From assembly GCF_000253055.1 (NCBI RefSeq), contig NC_016070.1, positions 1,230,001 through 1,262,000 on the forward strand: a stretch of 32,000 bases of DNA, written 5' to 3'. Position 1 is the stretch's first letter. Each line of letters opens with the position of its first letter. This DNA comes from Thermoproteus tenax Kra 1. GTDB taxonomy: Archaea > Thermoproteota > Thermoprotei > Thermoproteales > Thermoproteaceae. A program made the translations under genes and the position numbers. The notes under the pieces were generated by a model. The model saw only the letters and a list, made by a program, of their open reading frames with translations. It was not told the DNA's origin and did no database searches. This document shows, one piece after another, positions 8,746 to 17,790 of this stretch.

Positions 8746-9480
8746 GTGCGTCTGCCCAAGCCAGGCCTCGGCGTCTATATAACCGCCCAGTGGCCCAACT
8801 CTGAGACTTTTCGGAGCCTCCTGAGCTCCCTCGATCAAGTCGCAGACTTTGTTGAAATAGGCGTGCCCACGACAAATCCTAAGTACGATGGGCCCTTCAT
8901 TAGGTTGAGCCACAGAGAGGCTGCCGTCAAAGGCTTGGGCGCTCTGCAGGGTCTAGACTTGCCCAAGAACGCCGTTCTGATGGCCTACGCCGAGGACTAC
9001 CTAGGCAAATTCGATGCGCTGGCGCGGGCCGCTGCAGAGTCGGGGGCTGTCTCCGTGTTGTTGCCCGACCTTTTGGTGGACTTCCCTGAGGCATTGGAGG
9101 AGTACGTATTGGCTGTGAGGAGGAACGGCCTCGACCCTAGCTTCTTTCTGCCGAGCAAGTTCCCCTACGCGCTCGCGGGGAGACTCGCCTCCTACAACCC
9201 ACTCTTTTTGTATATAGGTCTCTACGCCGCAACGGGCATACGGCTGCCCGTCTATGTGGAGAGGAACATCAAAATAGCGAGGCAGTACGCGGGGGACGTG
9301 TACATAGTCGCTGGATTCGCCATAGACAGCGCCGATAGAGCGAGGGCCATTGTAGGCGCCGGCGCGGACGGGCTCGTCGTGGGCACCGCCGCCATGAAGA
9401 TCCTCAAGGAGCGGGGTCTCCAACAGACTCTGGCCTTTCTTGCCGAGATTAAGGAGGCGTTACGCTCTCTCAATATTTAA
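8746..9480 (+). CDS. trpA: Tryptophan synthase alpha subunit
   Basis: GVYITAQWPNSETFRSLLSSLDQVADFVEIGVPTTNPKYDGPFI (catalytic Glu in FVEIG and Asp in YDGP), C-terminal AGADGLVVGTAAMKIL. Start GTG 8746 preferred over the track start 8581. Confidence 0.88.
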   Translation: MRLPKPGLGVYITAQWPNSETFRSLLSSLDQVADFVEIGVPTTNPKYDGPFIRLSHREAAVKGLGALQGLDLPKNAVLMAYAEDYLGKFDALARAAAESGAVSVLLPDLLVDFPEALEEYVLAVRRNGLDPSFFLPSKFPYALAGRLASYNPLFLYIGLYAATGIRLPVYVERNIKIARQYAGDVYIVAGFAIDSADRARAIVGAGADGLVVGTAAMKILKERGLQQTLAFLAEIKEALRSLNI

Positions 9481-9514
9481 ATATCGGTGGGATACTCGCT
9501 CTAATGTCCTCGGG

Positions 9515-10750
9515 GTGGTAGATAGGTGGTACAACATTGCCGCCGATTTGCCGATACCTCTGCCTCCTCCTAAAGACCCAGACGAGGGGGACAGCAGAAT
9601 TGCCCTCTTAACGAGGATACTTCCCTCGGCGCTTATCGACCAAGAGTTCACCGCCGAGCGCTGGATACCTATACCGGGGGAGGTCAGAGAGGCCTACGCG
9701 AGAGTAGGCAGACCTACGCCATACAGAAGGGCCGAAGCGCTTGAGAGGAGGTTGGGCCTCAAGGTCCACATATATTATAAGTACGAGGGCGCCCTCCCGG
9801 TCGGAAGCCATAAATTGAACACGGCCCTGGCCCAAGCGTATTATGCGAAACAGGACGGCGCTGAGGAGGTCGCCACAGAGACGGGCGCGGGCCAGTGGGG
9901 TATGGCCGTCAGTCTGGCCGCCGCGCTGTTCGGCCTCAAGGCGACAGTCTTTATGACCCGCTCCTCTTACAACAGCAAAAGGCAGAGGGTGACCTTCATA
10001 AGGACGTACGGCGCTACGGTCTACCCAAGCCCCAGCGATATAACTGAGACTGGTAGGAAGTTCTATAGGCCAGACCACCCTGGCTCCCTCGGGATAGCGA
10101 TATCTGAGGCGGTCGAATACGTCCTCTCCGGCGAGAGGAGACGCTATCTCCCCGGGAGCGTTTTGGAGTTCGTTTTGATCCACCAGTCGGTGATCGGTCT
10201 TGAGGCCATACAACAGATGCCGGAGGAGCCGGACTACGCCATAGGCTGCGTCGGCGGCGGCTCAAACTTCGGCGGCTTTACATACCCCATGATAGGCATG
10301 AAGCTCAGAGGCGAGGGTTTCTCGAAGACCAAATTCCTAGCTGCCGAGTCGGCCGCCGCTCCCAAGCTCACTGCGGGAGAATATAGGTACGACTTCCCCG
10401 ATGCCGTAGGCGTACTTCCGTTGATAAAGATGTTCACTTTGGGCCACGACTACGTCCCTCCGGCGGTGCATGCAGCGGGCTTGAGGTACCACGGCGCGGC
10501 GCCCAGTCTGTCGCTCCTCAAGCGGCTGGGCCTCGTGGACGCCGTTGCGTACAGACAAGAGGAAGTATTTGAGGCGGCCGTCCTCTTCGCGAGAGCCGAG
10601 GGGATCATACCGGCGCCCGAGAGCTCCCACGCGATAAAGGCAGCTCTGGACGTGGCCAAGAAGCTCCCGCCGGGGTCCGTCATAGCGTTCAATCTATCGG
10701 GGCACGGACTATTAGACGTAGACGCCTACGAGAGGGCTCATGTCGCTTAA
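9515..10750 (+). CDS. trpB2: Tryptophan synthase beta subunit, TrpB2 type
   Basis: RPTPYRRAEALERRLG, YYKYEGALPVGSHKLNTALAQAYYAKQ (PLP Lys), ETGAGQWGMAVSLAAALFGLKATVFM, CVGGGSNFGG, EGIIPAPESSHA. GTG 9515 is the likely start. Confidence 0.93.
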   Translation: MVDRWYNIAADLPIPLPPPKDPDEGDSRIALLTRILPSALIDQEFTAERWIPIPGEVREAYARVGRPTPYRRAEALERRLGLKVHIYYKYEGALPVGSHKLNTALAQAYYAKQDGAEEVATETGAGQWGMAVSLAAALFGLKATVFMTRSSYNSKRQRVTFIRTYGATVYPSPSDITETGRKFYRPDHPGSLGIAISEAVEYVLSGERRRYLPGSVLEFVLIHQSVIGLEAIQQMPEEPDYAIGCVGGGSNFGGFTYPMIGMKLRGEGFSKTKFLAAESAAAPKLTAGEYRYDFPDAVGVLPLIKMFTLGHDYVPPAVHAAGLRYHGAAPSLSLLKRLGLVDAVAYRQEEVFEAAVLFARAEGIIPAPESSHAIKAALDVAKKLPPGSVIAFNLSGHGLLDVDAYERAHVA

Positions 10751-11741
10751 GAGGTTGGGCGAGGGAGGGAGGCTGACGTTCGACGAAGCCTACAGATTGG
10801 CGCTATCTATGCTCAATGGAGAATTGAGCGATGTGGAGATAGCAGCGGCGCTGACCGCCATGAGGGTGAGGGGCGAGACCGCCGAGGAGGTCGCCGGCTT
10901 TGCCAAGGCGGCCCGCGACACTTGCGTGAGAGTCCACATAGACGTAGACGCCATAGACACTGCGGGCACCGGCGGAGATGGACAGAGGACGATCAACGTT
11001 TCCACGGCGGCCGCAATAGTGGCGTCTGCGGCCGGCGCATATGTCTTGAAACACGGCAATCGCTCCGTCACGAGCCCCACGGGCAGCGCGGACTTTCTTG
11101 AGGCTCTAGGCTACAACATCAATCTGAAGCCCGAGCAAGCTACGGCGGCGCTCAAGGAGAGCAGATTCGCCTTCTTGTTCGCCCCTGTATATCACCCCAC
11201 GTTCGCCAGAGTGGCGCCCGTGCGCAAGAAGCTGCCCTTCAGGACGATCTTCAACGTAGTGGGGCCTCTGGCGAATCCCGGGCATGTCAGAAGGCAGGTT
11301 ATTGGAGTGGCCGAGGAGAGGCTGATGCCCATAGTGGCAGAGGCCGCCTCTTTGCTCGGGCTGGAGCACGTAGTAGTGATACACGGGGAGCCCGGAATAG
11401 ACGAGGCCTCGCCGGAGGGCTCCACCAAGGTCTACGAAGTGAGGAGGGGCTCCCTAGAGAGCTACTCCCTCGCCCCTGAGGACTTCGGCGCCAGAAGGGG
11501 CAGAATGCCCAGAGTAAACACCAGAGAGGAGTCGCTGGCGATAACCACGAGGGGGCTCAGAGGAGAGGACCCGGAGGCTGAGAACGCCATAGCTATGAAC
11601 GCGGCGCTCGCCCTGTATGTGTCCGGCTTAGCTAGGGACGTAAGAGAGGGATATGAGGCGGCTAGACAGACCATAGAATCGGGGGCCGCGGCGAGGCACC
11701 TAGAGGCGATAATAATGGCGAGCAAGAGATGGTCCTCCTGA
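10740..11741 (+). CDS. trpD: Anthranilate phosphoribosyltransferase
   Basis: DTAGTGGDGQRTINVSTAAAIVASAAGAYVLKHGNRSVTSPTGSADFLEALG, FRTIFNVVGPLANPG. Confidence 0.97.
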   Translation: MSLKRLGEGGRLTFDEAYRLALSMLNGELSDVEIAAALTAMRVRGETAEEVAGFAKAARDTCVRVHIDVDAIDTAGTGGDGQRTINVSTAAAIVASAAGAYVLKHGNRSVTSPTGSADFLEALGYNINLKPEQATAALKESRFAFLFAPVYHPTFARVAPVRKKLPFRTIFNVVGPLANPGHVRRQVIGVAEERLMPIVAEAASLLGLEHVVVIHGEPGIDEASPEGSTKVYEVRRGSLESYSLAPEDFGARRGRMPRVNTREESLAITTRGLRGEDPEAENAIAMNAALALYVSGLARDVREGYEAARQTIESGAAARHLEAIIMASKRWSS

Positions 11742-12361
11742 AGATATGCGGGCTTACTAGGAGCGAGGACGTAGAGCTAGTGGACTCAGTCGCTGACTAC
11801 GCCGGCTTTATAATAGATCCCTACACGGCGTCTCCCAGGAGGCTCGATCCCGTTGTCGCGAGAGATCTCGCCTCAGTATTAGGCAGAGCCAAGCCCGTGG
11901 CCGTCTTTGACAGACTGGCTCCGAAGGTCGCAGTGGCGCTGGCCGCCCAGTACGACTTTCCAGTGGCCCAAGTGCCCGAGAAGTTCGGAGAAGAGGTCGA
12001 GGAGGAGGCGCGAGAGAGCGGCGTGGCGCTGGCCCCCGTGGTGCTGTACGGAAGAGACGACGTAATGGCCGAAGTGAAAAGACTGGCAGAGAGGAGCTAT
12101 GAGTACATATTGGTGGACGCCATCAAGGAGTCCAAAATTAGATACGAGCACGGCCTCCGCGTCCCCTTGGGTTTAATGAGGCAGGCGGCCCGCGTAGGGA
12201 GAGTGGGGCTCGCCGGAGGAATAACGCCGGACAACGTCGAATTCGTGCTGGAGCTGGCGCCATACATGATCGACGTGGCCAGCGGCGTCGAGTCTTCGCC
12301 CGGCGTTAAGGATAGAGAGAAGGTGTTGGCGTTAGCCAACAAAGTTAAAATGGCTCGATAA
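11729..12361 (+). CDS. trpF: Phosphoribosylanthranilate isomerase
   Basis: LLKICGLTRSEDVELVDSVADYAGFI..SPRRLDP; GLAGGITPDNV; DVASGVESSPGVKD. Confidence 0.95.
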   Translation: MVLLKICGLTRSEDVELVDSVADYAGFIIDPYTASPRRLDPVVARDLASVLGRAKPVAVFDRLAPKVAVALAAQYDFPVAQVPEKFGEEVEEEARESGVALAPVVLYGRDDVMAEVKRLAERSYEYILVDAIKESKIRYEHGLRVPLGLMRQAARVGRVGLAGGITPDNVEFVLELAPYMIDVASGVESSPGVKDREKVLALANKVKMAR

Positions 12362-12372
12362 AGCCCCTCCTC

Positions 12373-12858
12373 GTGCTGTTAATATTAATTTACTCAGACG
12401 ACGAAAAGACGTCCTCCAAGATCCTCGAGGAGGTTCCCCACGTCGAGATACTCAGAGGGGTGTTTGTGACGTGGGAGCAAGAGGAGAAGGTGAGGAGGGC
12501 TCTGGAGAGAGCTAAGGACAAGGCTATCTCCGAGTGGGAGAGGCGGGGCGAGGGGCCCGTCCTTGAGTTCGCCGTCATAAGTCTGTCCGATGCACAGTAT
12601 AACTCAATACGCCATATGGTGAGGAGGAGCCTCGACGGAGAGGCAGAGAGAGTCGCGGCGGAGCTGAGGAGGCTCGCCTCCGATATCAGAGGGCGGAGGA
12701 GAGCCGTGGCGGAGCTAAAGGCCAGATTCAGCCGCCTCGCCAGAGAGGTATCGCGCCTTACCACTGCATCAGCCAAGCTCGGCCTTGAGACATCGACTTT
12801 GCTCGATATGTTGGAGGCATACAAAGAGGCCAACGCCGAGTACCTAAAGCTCAAATAG
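12373..12858 (+). CDS. Conserved-looking hypothetical protein with long charged helical/coiled-coil C-terminal half
   Basis: 161 aa ORF co-directional with and 11 nt after trpF; heptad-like charged sequence in the C-terminal half; no family recognised. Confidence 0.7.
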   Translation: MLLILIYSDDEKTSSKILEEVPHVEILRGVFVTWEQEEKVRRALERAKDKAISEWERRGEGPVLEFAVISLSDAQYNSIRHMVRRSLDGEAERVAAELRRLASDIRGRRRAVAELKARFSRLAREVSRLTTASAKLGLETSTLLDMLEAYKEANAEYLKLK

Positions 12859-12876
12859 AGCTTGCATCGTTGATAT

Positions 12877-13434
12877 ATGCTCAGTCCTCAAGAGCTGACG
12901 AAATTCATTAAGCGTAATAACTCAGTGTTAGTTGTATGGGACGTCCAAGAGGCGCTTGTAGAGAGAGTCTTCAACAGAGATGAGTTTCTGGCGAAACTCA
13001 AGGAGCTCATATCGGCGGCCAGAAGATATGGCGTGCCAATAGTCTACACGAAGATCACGCCGTTTCCTGAGAGGTTCTCGTCGCCCTTTAGGAGGAGCTG
13101 GAATCCGGGAGAGATCTACAGAGACGTCTACCCGCAGCCTGGGGACGTCGTTATAAACAAGAACACCACGTCTATATTCGTCGGCACAAACTTCGAGCTT
13201 CTCCTCAGAAACGCCGGTCTGACAACTATAGTGTTCACCGGCATAGCCACCGAGATAGGCGTTGAGACGTCCGCTAGACACGCACAAGCGCTCGGCTTCC
13301 TGCCGGTGGTAGCTAAGGAGGCTGTGTCGTCGGCCGACAGAGAGGCCCACGAGAGATCTCTGGCCAATATGGCCAAGCTGTTCCCCGTCCTCACTAACGC
13401 CGAGATAATAGAGATTTGGGAGAAAAACCCATAA
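12877..13434 (+). CDS. Isochorismatase-like hydrolase superfamily protein
   Basis: [20 protein letters not shown] (Asp), [11 protein letters not shown] (Lys), [25 protein letters not shown]-type loop with Gly where Cys is usual in cysteine-hydrolase members. Confidence 0.85.
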   Translation: MLSPQELTKFIKRNNSVLVVWDVQEALVERVFNRDEFLAKLKELISAARRYGVPIVYTKITPFPERFSSPFRRSWNPGEIYRDVYPQPGDVVINKNTTSIFVGTNFELLLRNAGLTTIVFTGIATEIGVETSARHAQALGFLPVVAKEAVSSADREAHERSLANMAKLFPVLTNAEIIEIWEKNP

Positions 13435-13460
13435 ATTTATTCTATCGCGTCTAACTCTAT

Positions 13461-14276
13461 GTGTCCGAAATCGTTAGAGTCTCCACGGGGATAAAGGAGT
13501 TGGACGAGGCGCTTGAGGGAGGGATACCCAAGGGCAGCTGGGTGGTGGCCACTGGGGAGCCCGGGACTGGGAAATCCATATTGGCTATGCACTTCGCCTA
13601 CGCCGGCTTGAGGGCTGACGACCCAGTAGTCTACGTCACCACGGAGCAGGAATTCCGCGACGTTGTAGTACAAGCGAGGCAGTTAGGCATGGACTTCGAG
13701 AAATACTCTATCTACAGTCTAGGCTGGAAGAAAGAGCCCGAGGCGATGCCGCAGATAGTGGTGATCGACATCTTCGGACTATTGAAGGTCGCACGCGGGC
13801 TGTCGGAGAAGGCAAAGGAAGAGGCCCCCGAGAAGGCCAGACGCTACGCGGCCCTCTCGGTGGAGACCTTGATAGAGGCCATAACGGAGGCCTACGACGT
13901 CTTGGGGCTCCTGGAGGAGGGCGGTAGATCGCCGAGCAGACACGTGCGCCTCATAATAGACTCCATGTCAGCCTTCTGGGTCGATAAGCCGGTCATGGCG
14001 CGCAAATACTCCTACCAACTAAAGATAGCGACTCACAGGGATAACGTCACCGCCCTGCTCACGAGCCAATACGCACCTACGACGGGACAGGCCTACGGCT
14101 TCGGCCTTGAACACATAGCCGACGGCGTGATCCACCTCTGGATGGACGAGGTGGAGACCGCCAAAGAGGTCAGAAGGCACCTCATAATCAAGAAGATGCG
14201 CATGACCAATCACAGCCGTAAGGCCTTCAACTTAGAGATTGAGCCGGGCAGAGGGATCGTGTTGAGACAAACTTAG
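13461..14276 (+). CDS. Single-domain KaiC/RadA-like RecA-fold ATPase
   Basis: [58 protein letters not shown] (Walker A GEPGTGKS), [12 protein letters not shown] (Walker B). TATA-like ATAAATTTA at about 13433-13441. Confidence 0.88.
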   Translation: MSEIVRVSTGIKELDEALEGGIPKGSWVVATGEPGTGKSILAMHFAYAGLRADDPVVYVTTEQEFRDVVVQARQLGMDFEKYSIYSLGWKKEPEAMPQIVVIDIFGLLKVARGLSEKAKEEAPEKARRYAALSVETLIEAITEAYDVLGLLEEGGRSPSRHVRLIIDSMSAFWVDKPVMARKYSYQLKIATHRDNVTALLTSQYAPTTGQAYGFGLEHIADGVIHLWMDEVETAKEVRRHLIIKKMRMTNHSRKAFNLEIEPGRGIVLRQT

Positions 14277-14827
14277 ATCATTCTGAGGATCAGCTCGTTT
14301 ATTGCAGGGCCTCTGTAGCCCAAATCGCCGCCCTCTGCGTAGCTCCTCTTGATGTCCTCTAGGCCTCCTCTAGGCGGATGTAGTCTGAAGAACGGCTTCA
14401 TGTAGGGCACACAGAGCACCTTTCCGTCTTTCCTCGGCCAAGTCCCCCTCCTGGGGCAGGCTATACGCTCTATCTCGCCGCTGACGAACGCCAAGGCGAG
14501 CTCCTCGAAGCTGTTCCAACCGTACTTCTTCAAGTGGTCGAGCGTGAGAGGTTTGTCGCCCACTATCCTCCCCCTCCTCTGCAACACCTCGGCGAGCGTG
14601 TCGGCATCTATCTCGCCCCAAGTTATCCAGTTCTGCGCCTTCAACAGAAGTCCCTCGACGTCGGGCTTGCCGACCACTAGGGACATAACGAACTTCCTCC
14701 TGACTCTCAAAAGTTCGAGCGCCCTCTCAACATCTCTGGGGACTCCTATCTGGCCTCGAATTCTTACAACAGCGTATCGTGGATAGACTTGGGCCTCCTC
14801 CCTCTTCGGCTCAACGACGGCCGTCAT
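14273..14827 (-). CDS. rpl30: 50S ribosomal protein L30 (uL30)
   Basis: [57 protein letters not shown]; C-terminal [12 protein letters not shown]. Confidence 0.93.
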   Translation of the reverse strand: MTAVVEPKREEAQVYPRYAVVRIRGQIGVPRDVERALELLRVRRKFVMSLVVGKPDVEGLLLKAQNWITWGEIDADTLAEVLQRRGRIVGDKPLTLDHLKKYGWNSFEELALAFVSGEIERIACPRRGTWPRKDGKVLCVPYMKPFFRLHPPRGGLEDIKRSYAEGGDLGYRGPAINELILRMI

Positions 14828-15435
14828 AGCTTGAAGTAGTACGTGTTCCTCAACGCGTTGTACGTGGCTAGGGCGAAGTTCAGCGTAGTCCTCGTATCGC
14901 CGAAGGTCTTGGTCCAGACATCTTTTATGCCGGCCAGTCTCAGTATGGTCTTGGCTACTTCGCCGGCCACTAGGCCGACGCCCTTAGGCGCCGGTATGAG
15001 CCTTATGGTCACGCTGCCCGACTTGCCCTCCACGACGTAGGGAACCGAGTGCGGCTCGTCGCAAGAGCACCTCCAAGAGCCGCATCCTCTCCTCACAGGT
15101 ATAATGTTGAGCTTGGCCTCTCTCACGGCTTTCTCTATGGCTTGTCTAACTTGTCTGGCCTTGCCTATCCCTAGCCCTACATATCCGTCCTCGTTGCCGA
15201 GAGCCACCACCGCCTGGAACTGGCTGACCTCGCCGGCGTCGGTCTGTCTCTGTACTATATTGAGGCTCAAGAGCTCTTGCTTTAAGTTGGGCAACAGAGC
15301 ATCCACTATCTCGGGCTCCTTTATCACCTGGTTCGCTGCAAAGATCTCGTCTATAGTCCTGATCTTTCCCTCCTTTACCAACTGGCCCAGCCTGGTCCGC
15401 GGCTCCCACAACGAAAGATCTATGGCAGTGCTCAT
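14824..15435 (-). CDS. rps5: 30S ribosomal protein S5 (uS5)
   Basis: [92 protein letters not shown]. Confidence 0.97.
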   Translation of the reverse strand: MSTAIDLSLWEPRTRLGQLVKEGKIRTIDEIFAANQVIKEPEIVDALLPNLKQELLSLNIVQRQTDAGEVSQFQAVVALGNEDGYVGLGIGKARQVRQAIEKAVREAKLNIIPVRRGCGSWRCSCDEPHSVPYVVEGKSGSVTIRLIPAPKGVGLVAGEVAKTILRLAGIKDVWTKTFGDTRTTLNFALATYNALRNTYYFKL

Positions 15436-15459
15436 CGCCGTACCGTGTCGCGGGGCTTT

Positions 15460-16050
15460 TTAAGTCTTAATGTCTCGCATAGTTTTCCATGTGCGTCTGA
15501 GGCACTCGGGCGCCACTCTGCCCGCCCTCACCGCCTCCAGGGTCCTCCTGTCCGAGGGATAGCCGGAGCCTATCTCGCCCATCTCCCTCCTGAGGAGCTC
15601 CATAAGGGAGTCTCTGACTACCTTCGCCACGATGCTCGCCGCCGCCACTGCGGGCACGCGCTCGGCCTTATGCAGGGCCGTCACGGATCTCCCCGTCGCG
15701 GCGCTCAAGGCCCGGCCAAACCTCTCCGCGACAGGATCGGGCGCGTCCACGTAGTATGCGTCGGCCTCGCACAGGTTTATCAGCTGGGCCATCGCCTCGG
15801 CCTCCAACAAGTTCAGCTTTCTGGAGCCTACATATTGGTCTATTACGGCCGGCTCTATCACTATGTAGTTTACACATTCTGCGGTCTGTAGGACGGCCGA
15901 GTAGAGCGACTTCCTCCTCTGCGGCGTCAGCGTCTTGGAGTCTCTGACGCCCAGCGATCTCAATCTCTCGTTGTCCCCTGCCACTATAGCGACTACCATG
16001 GGGCCTACGAGGGGGCCGCGGCCGGCCTCATCTATGCCGGCGACAACCAC
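15460..16050 (-). CDS. rnhB: Ribonuclease HII
   Basis: VVAGIDEAGRGPLVGPMVVA; VRDSKTLTPQRR; AERVPAVAAASIVAKVVRD; GSGYPSD. Confidence 0.95.
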   Translation of the reverse strand: MVVAGIDEAGRGPLVGPMVVAIVAGDNERLRSLGVRDSKTLTPQRRKSLYSAVLQTAECVNYIVIEPAVIDQYVGSRKLNLLEAEAMAQLINLCEADAYYVDAPDPVAERFGRALSAATGRSVTALHKAERVPAVAAASIVAKVVRDSLMELLRREMGEIGSGYPSDRRTLEAVRAGRVAPECLRRTWKTMRDIKT

Positions 16051-16077
16051 TTAAATGGATCGGTCCAGATATTAATA

Positions 16078-16248
16078 ATGGAGATCCCCCAGGAGCTCTC
16101 AGCGTATTTGCAAATTGTGGAGGACGGAGGAGTTAAACATATAGCGTGCAGGAAATGCGGAAAACGGTTCTTCGCTATAAGGGATGCGGCGAGGCATCTA
16201 GCCGAGGCTCACGGCATGAGGGCGGCGGCGCGCTTTTATCAAACTTAA
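16078..16248 (+). CDS. 56-aa C2H2-type zinc-finger protein (absent from supplied ORF track)
   Basis: Manual translation: MEIPQELSAYLQIVEDGGVKHIACRKCGKRFFAIRDAARHLAEAHGMRAAARFYQT*. C-x2-C-x12-H-x4-H motif; open ATG-TAA frame filling the gap between rnhB and the 16272 gene. Confidence 0.7.
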   Translation: MEIPQELSAYLQIVEDGGVKHIACRKCGKRFFAIRDAARHLAEAHGMRAAARFYQT

Positions 16249-16271
16249 ATTTGCAAAACTAAACACGCTCC

Positions 16272-16640
16272 ATGATACACCCTAAGTGGTACGAGCGTCA
16301 TGTCAGACACCTCAACGATGCGCTGATGGCCCTCGAGGAGGGCGACGCGAGGTCTGCCTGCTACAACGCCTACGTGTCTGTCGAGGCTCTGGCCAAGGGC
16401 ATATTGGGCTTTGACCCGTACGGCCAGTTCCAAGACGTCAAGAGGCTTCCGGCGCTGATAAAGGAGATCGCCGGCGGCGAGCCCCCCGACGATGTGAAGA
16501 GGTGCGCCGCTTGCCTTGAAAGCAAGGCATTCGCAGAGGAGGGCGAAAAATGTATAAAATGTGCAGAAGTCTTGAGTAACTATCTATATATCTTTCTAAA
16601 GGCCCTTGAAAGAAATAAAAAGCTTTGGGCCCACTACTGA
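16272..16640 (+). CDS. Small helical HEPN-like protein with paired CxxC motifs
   Basis: WYERHVRHLNDALMALEEGDARSACYNAYVSVEALAKGILGFDPYGQFQDVKRLPALI resembles the HEPN helical layout; contains CAAC-x12-CIKC. No clear catalytic RxxxxH. Confidence 0.6.
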   Translation: MIHPKWYERHVRHLNDALMALEEGDARSACYNAYVSVEALAKGILGFDPYGQFQDVKRLPALIKEIAGGEPPDDVKRCAACLESKAFAEEGEKCIKCAEVLSNYLYIFLKALERNKKLWAHY

Positions 16641-17278
16641 CAGTCTGCGAACTCCTTTGCGCTCTTGAGCACCGCGACCAAGTCCTCCAGGGCCAGCCTC
16701 TTGGTGTTGGTGTTGAGGGGCGAGGGGTGGTAGGCCGCGTAGACTCTGACCTCTCCGACGTCCACGTAGGCCCCATGTCTAAACGGTTGCGGCGACGCTC
16801 CCAGCGCGCGCAACGAGCTCTGCCAGGCCAGTCTGCCCAGAGCTACGACGGCTCTGGGCTTTATCAAGCGGAACTCCGCTTGAAGCCACGGAAGGCAGTT
16901 GGCCACTTCGGCCGCCGTCGGCTTGTTCTTGGGAGGCGCGCACTTGACCGCTGAGGTTATGTAGACGCAGCGGACGACCGTGCCATCGTCTGCCGAAATG
17001 CTGAACGGGTTGTTGGAGAGGCCGATGGCGTGTAGAGCTCTGAAGAGGAACTGGGCCGATGCGTCGCCGGTGAACATCCGGCCAGTCCTATTCCCTCCGT
17101 GCGCCGCCGGGGCCAGGCCAACCACCACGATCTTAGCCTTGGGGTCTCCCCACGGCGGCACGGGCCTCCTCCAGTACTGCTGTCCGGCGAATCTAGGCAG
17201 AGGCCTTACAGACTCTCTGTAGGCGACCAATCTGGGGCATCTGGAGCAGTTGATGAGGGCCCTCTTGAGATCTTCCAT
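16634..17278 (-). CDS. Uracil-DNA glycosylase, family 5 (UDGb) type
   Basis: NCSRCPRLVAYRE; VVGLAPAAHGGNRTGRMFTGDASAQFLFRALH (UDGb-like motif 1); CVYITSAVKCAPPKNKPTAAEVANC (Fe-S Cys); AYHPSPLNTNTKRL. Confidence 0.9.
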   Translation of the reverse strand: MEDLKRALINCSRCPRLVAYRESVRPLPRFAGQQYWRRPVPPWGDPKAKIVVVGLAPAAHGGNRTGRMFTGDASAQFLFRALHAIGLSNNPFSISADDGTVVRCVYITSAVKCAPPKNKPTAAEVANCLPWLQAEFRLIKPRAVVALGRLAWQSSLRALGASPQPFRHGAYVDVGEVRVYAAYHPSPLNTNTKRLALEDLVAVLKSAKEFADCQ

Positions 17279-17316
17279 AGAGCTAATGCTTATATAGGGG
17301 GTAATAAAATCCAGCG

Positions 17317-17790
17317 ATGGTTCGCCGTTTTAAGCCTGCGGTTAAGTACAGAAGAGGCAGCAGGACCCATGGATGGGGCAGAGTGGGCCAGCACAGGAAG
17401 AGCGGCTCTTCGGGCGGCAAGGGCATGGTCGGCTTCCACAAGCACAAATGGTCGTTCGTTATGGTACATGCCGAGGAGACCTCCGGTTGGCCCTTCTACG
17501 GCAAACACGGCTTCAAGCAGCCCAAGGAGATCTCGATACAGTGGAGGCCGATCAACGTGGGCAAACTGGACGACCTCGTGGAGGAGCTCGAGAGAGAGGG
17601 GGTTGCAGTTAAGGAGGGGGAGAAATACGTGGTTGACTTGCTCAAGCTGGGGTATAATAAACTTCTCGGAGGCGGGTCTGTTAAAAGAGCCCTCATAGTC
17701 TACACGGCTACGGCCAGCGAGGCTGCAGTCAAGAAGATATCGGCGGCTGGCGGAGAAGTGCGAATAGTCCAAGGAGTTATCCACAGATAA
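17317..17790 (+). CDS. rpl15: 50S ribosomal protein L15 (uL15)
   Basis: [34 protein letters not shown]; GKHGFKQP; [38 protein letters not shown]. Confidence 0.95.
   Translation: MVRRFKPAVKYRRGSRTHGWGRVGQHRKSGSSGGKGMVGFHKHKWSFVMVHAEETSGWPFYGKHGFKQPKEISIQWRPINVGKLDDLVEELEREGVAVKEGEKYVVDLLKLGYNKLLGGGSVKRALIVYTATASEAAVKKISAAGGEVRIVQGVIHR

Noticed and set aside
14273-14276. Possible overlap conflict between KaiC-like gene and rpl30
   Set aside because: Just a 4-nt convergent stop-codon overlap, common in compact archaeal genomes.
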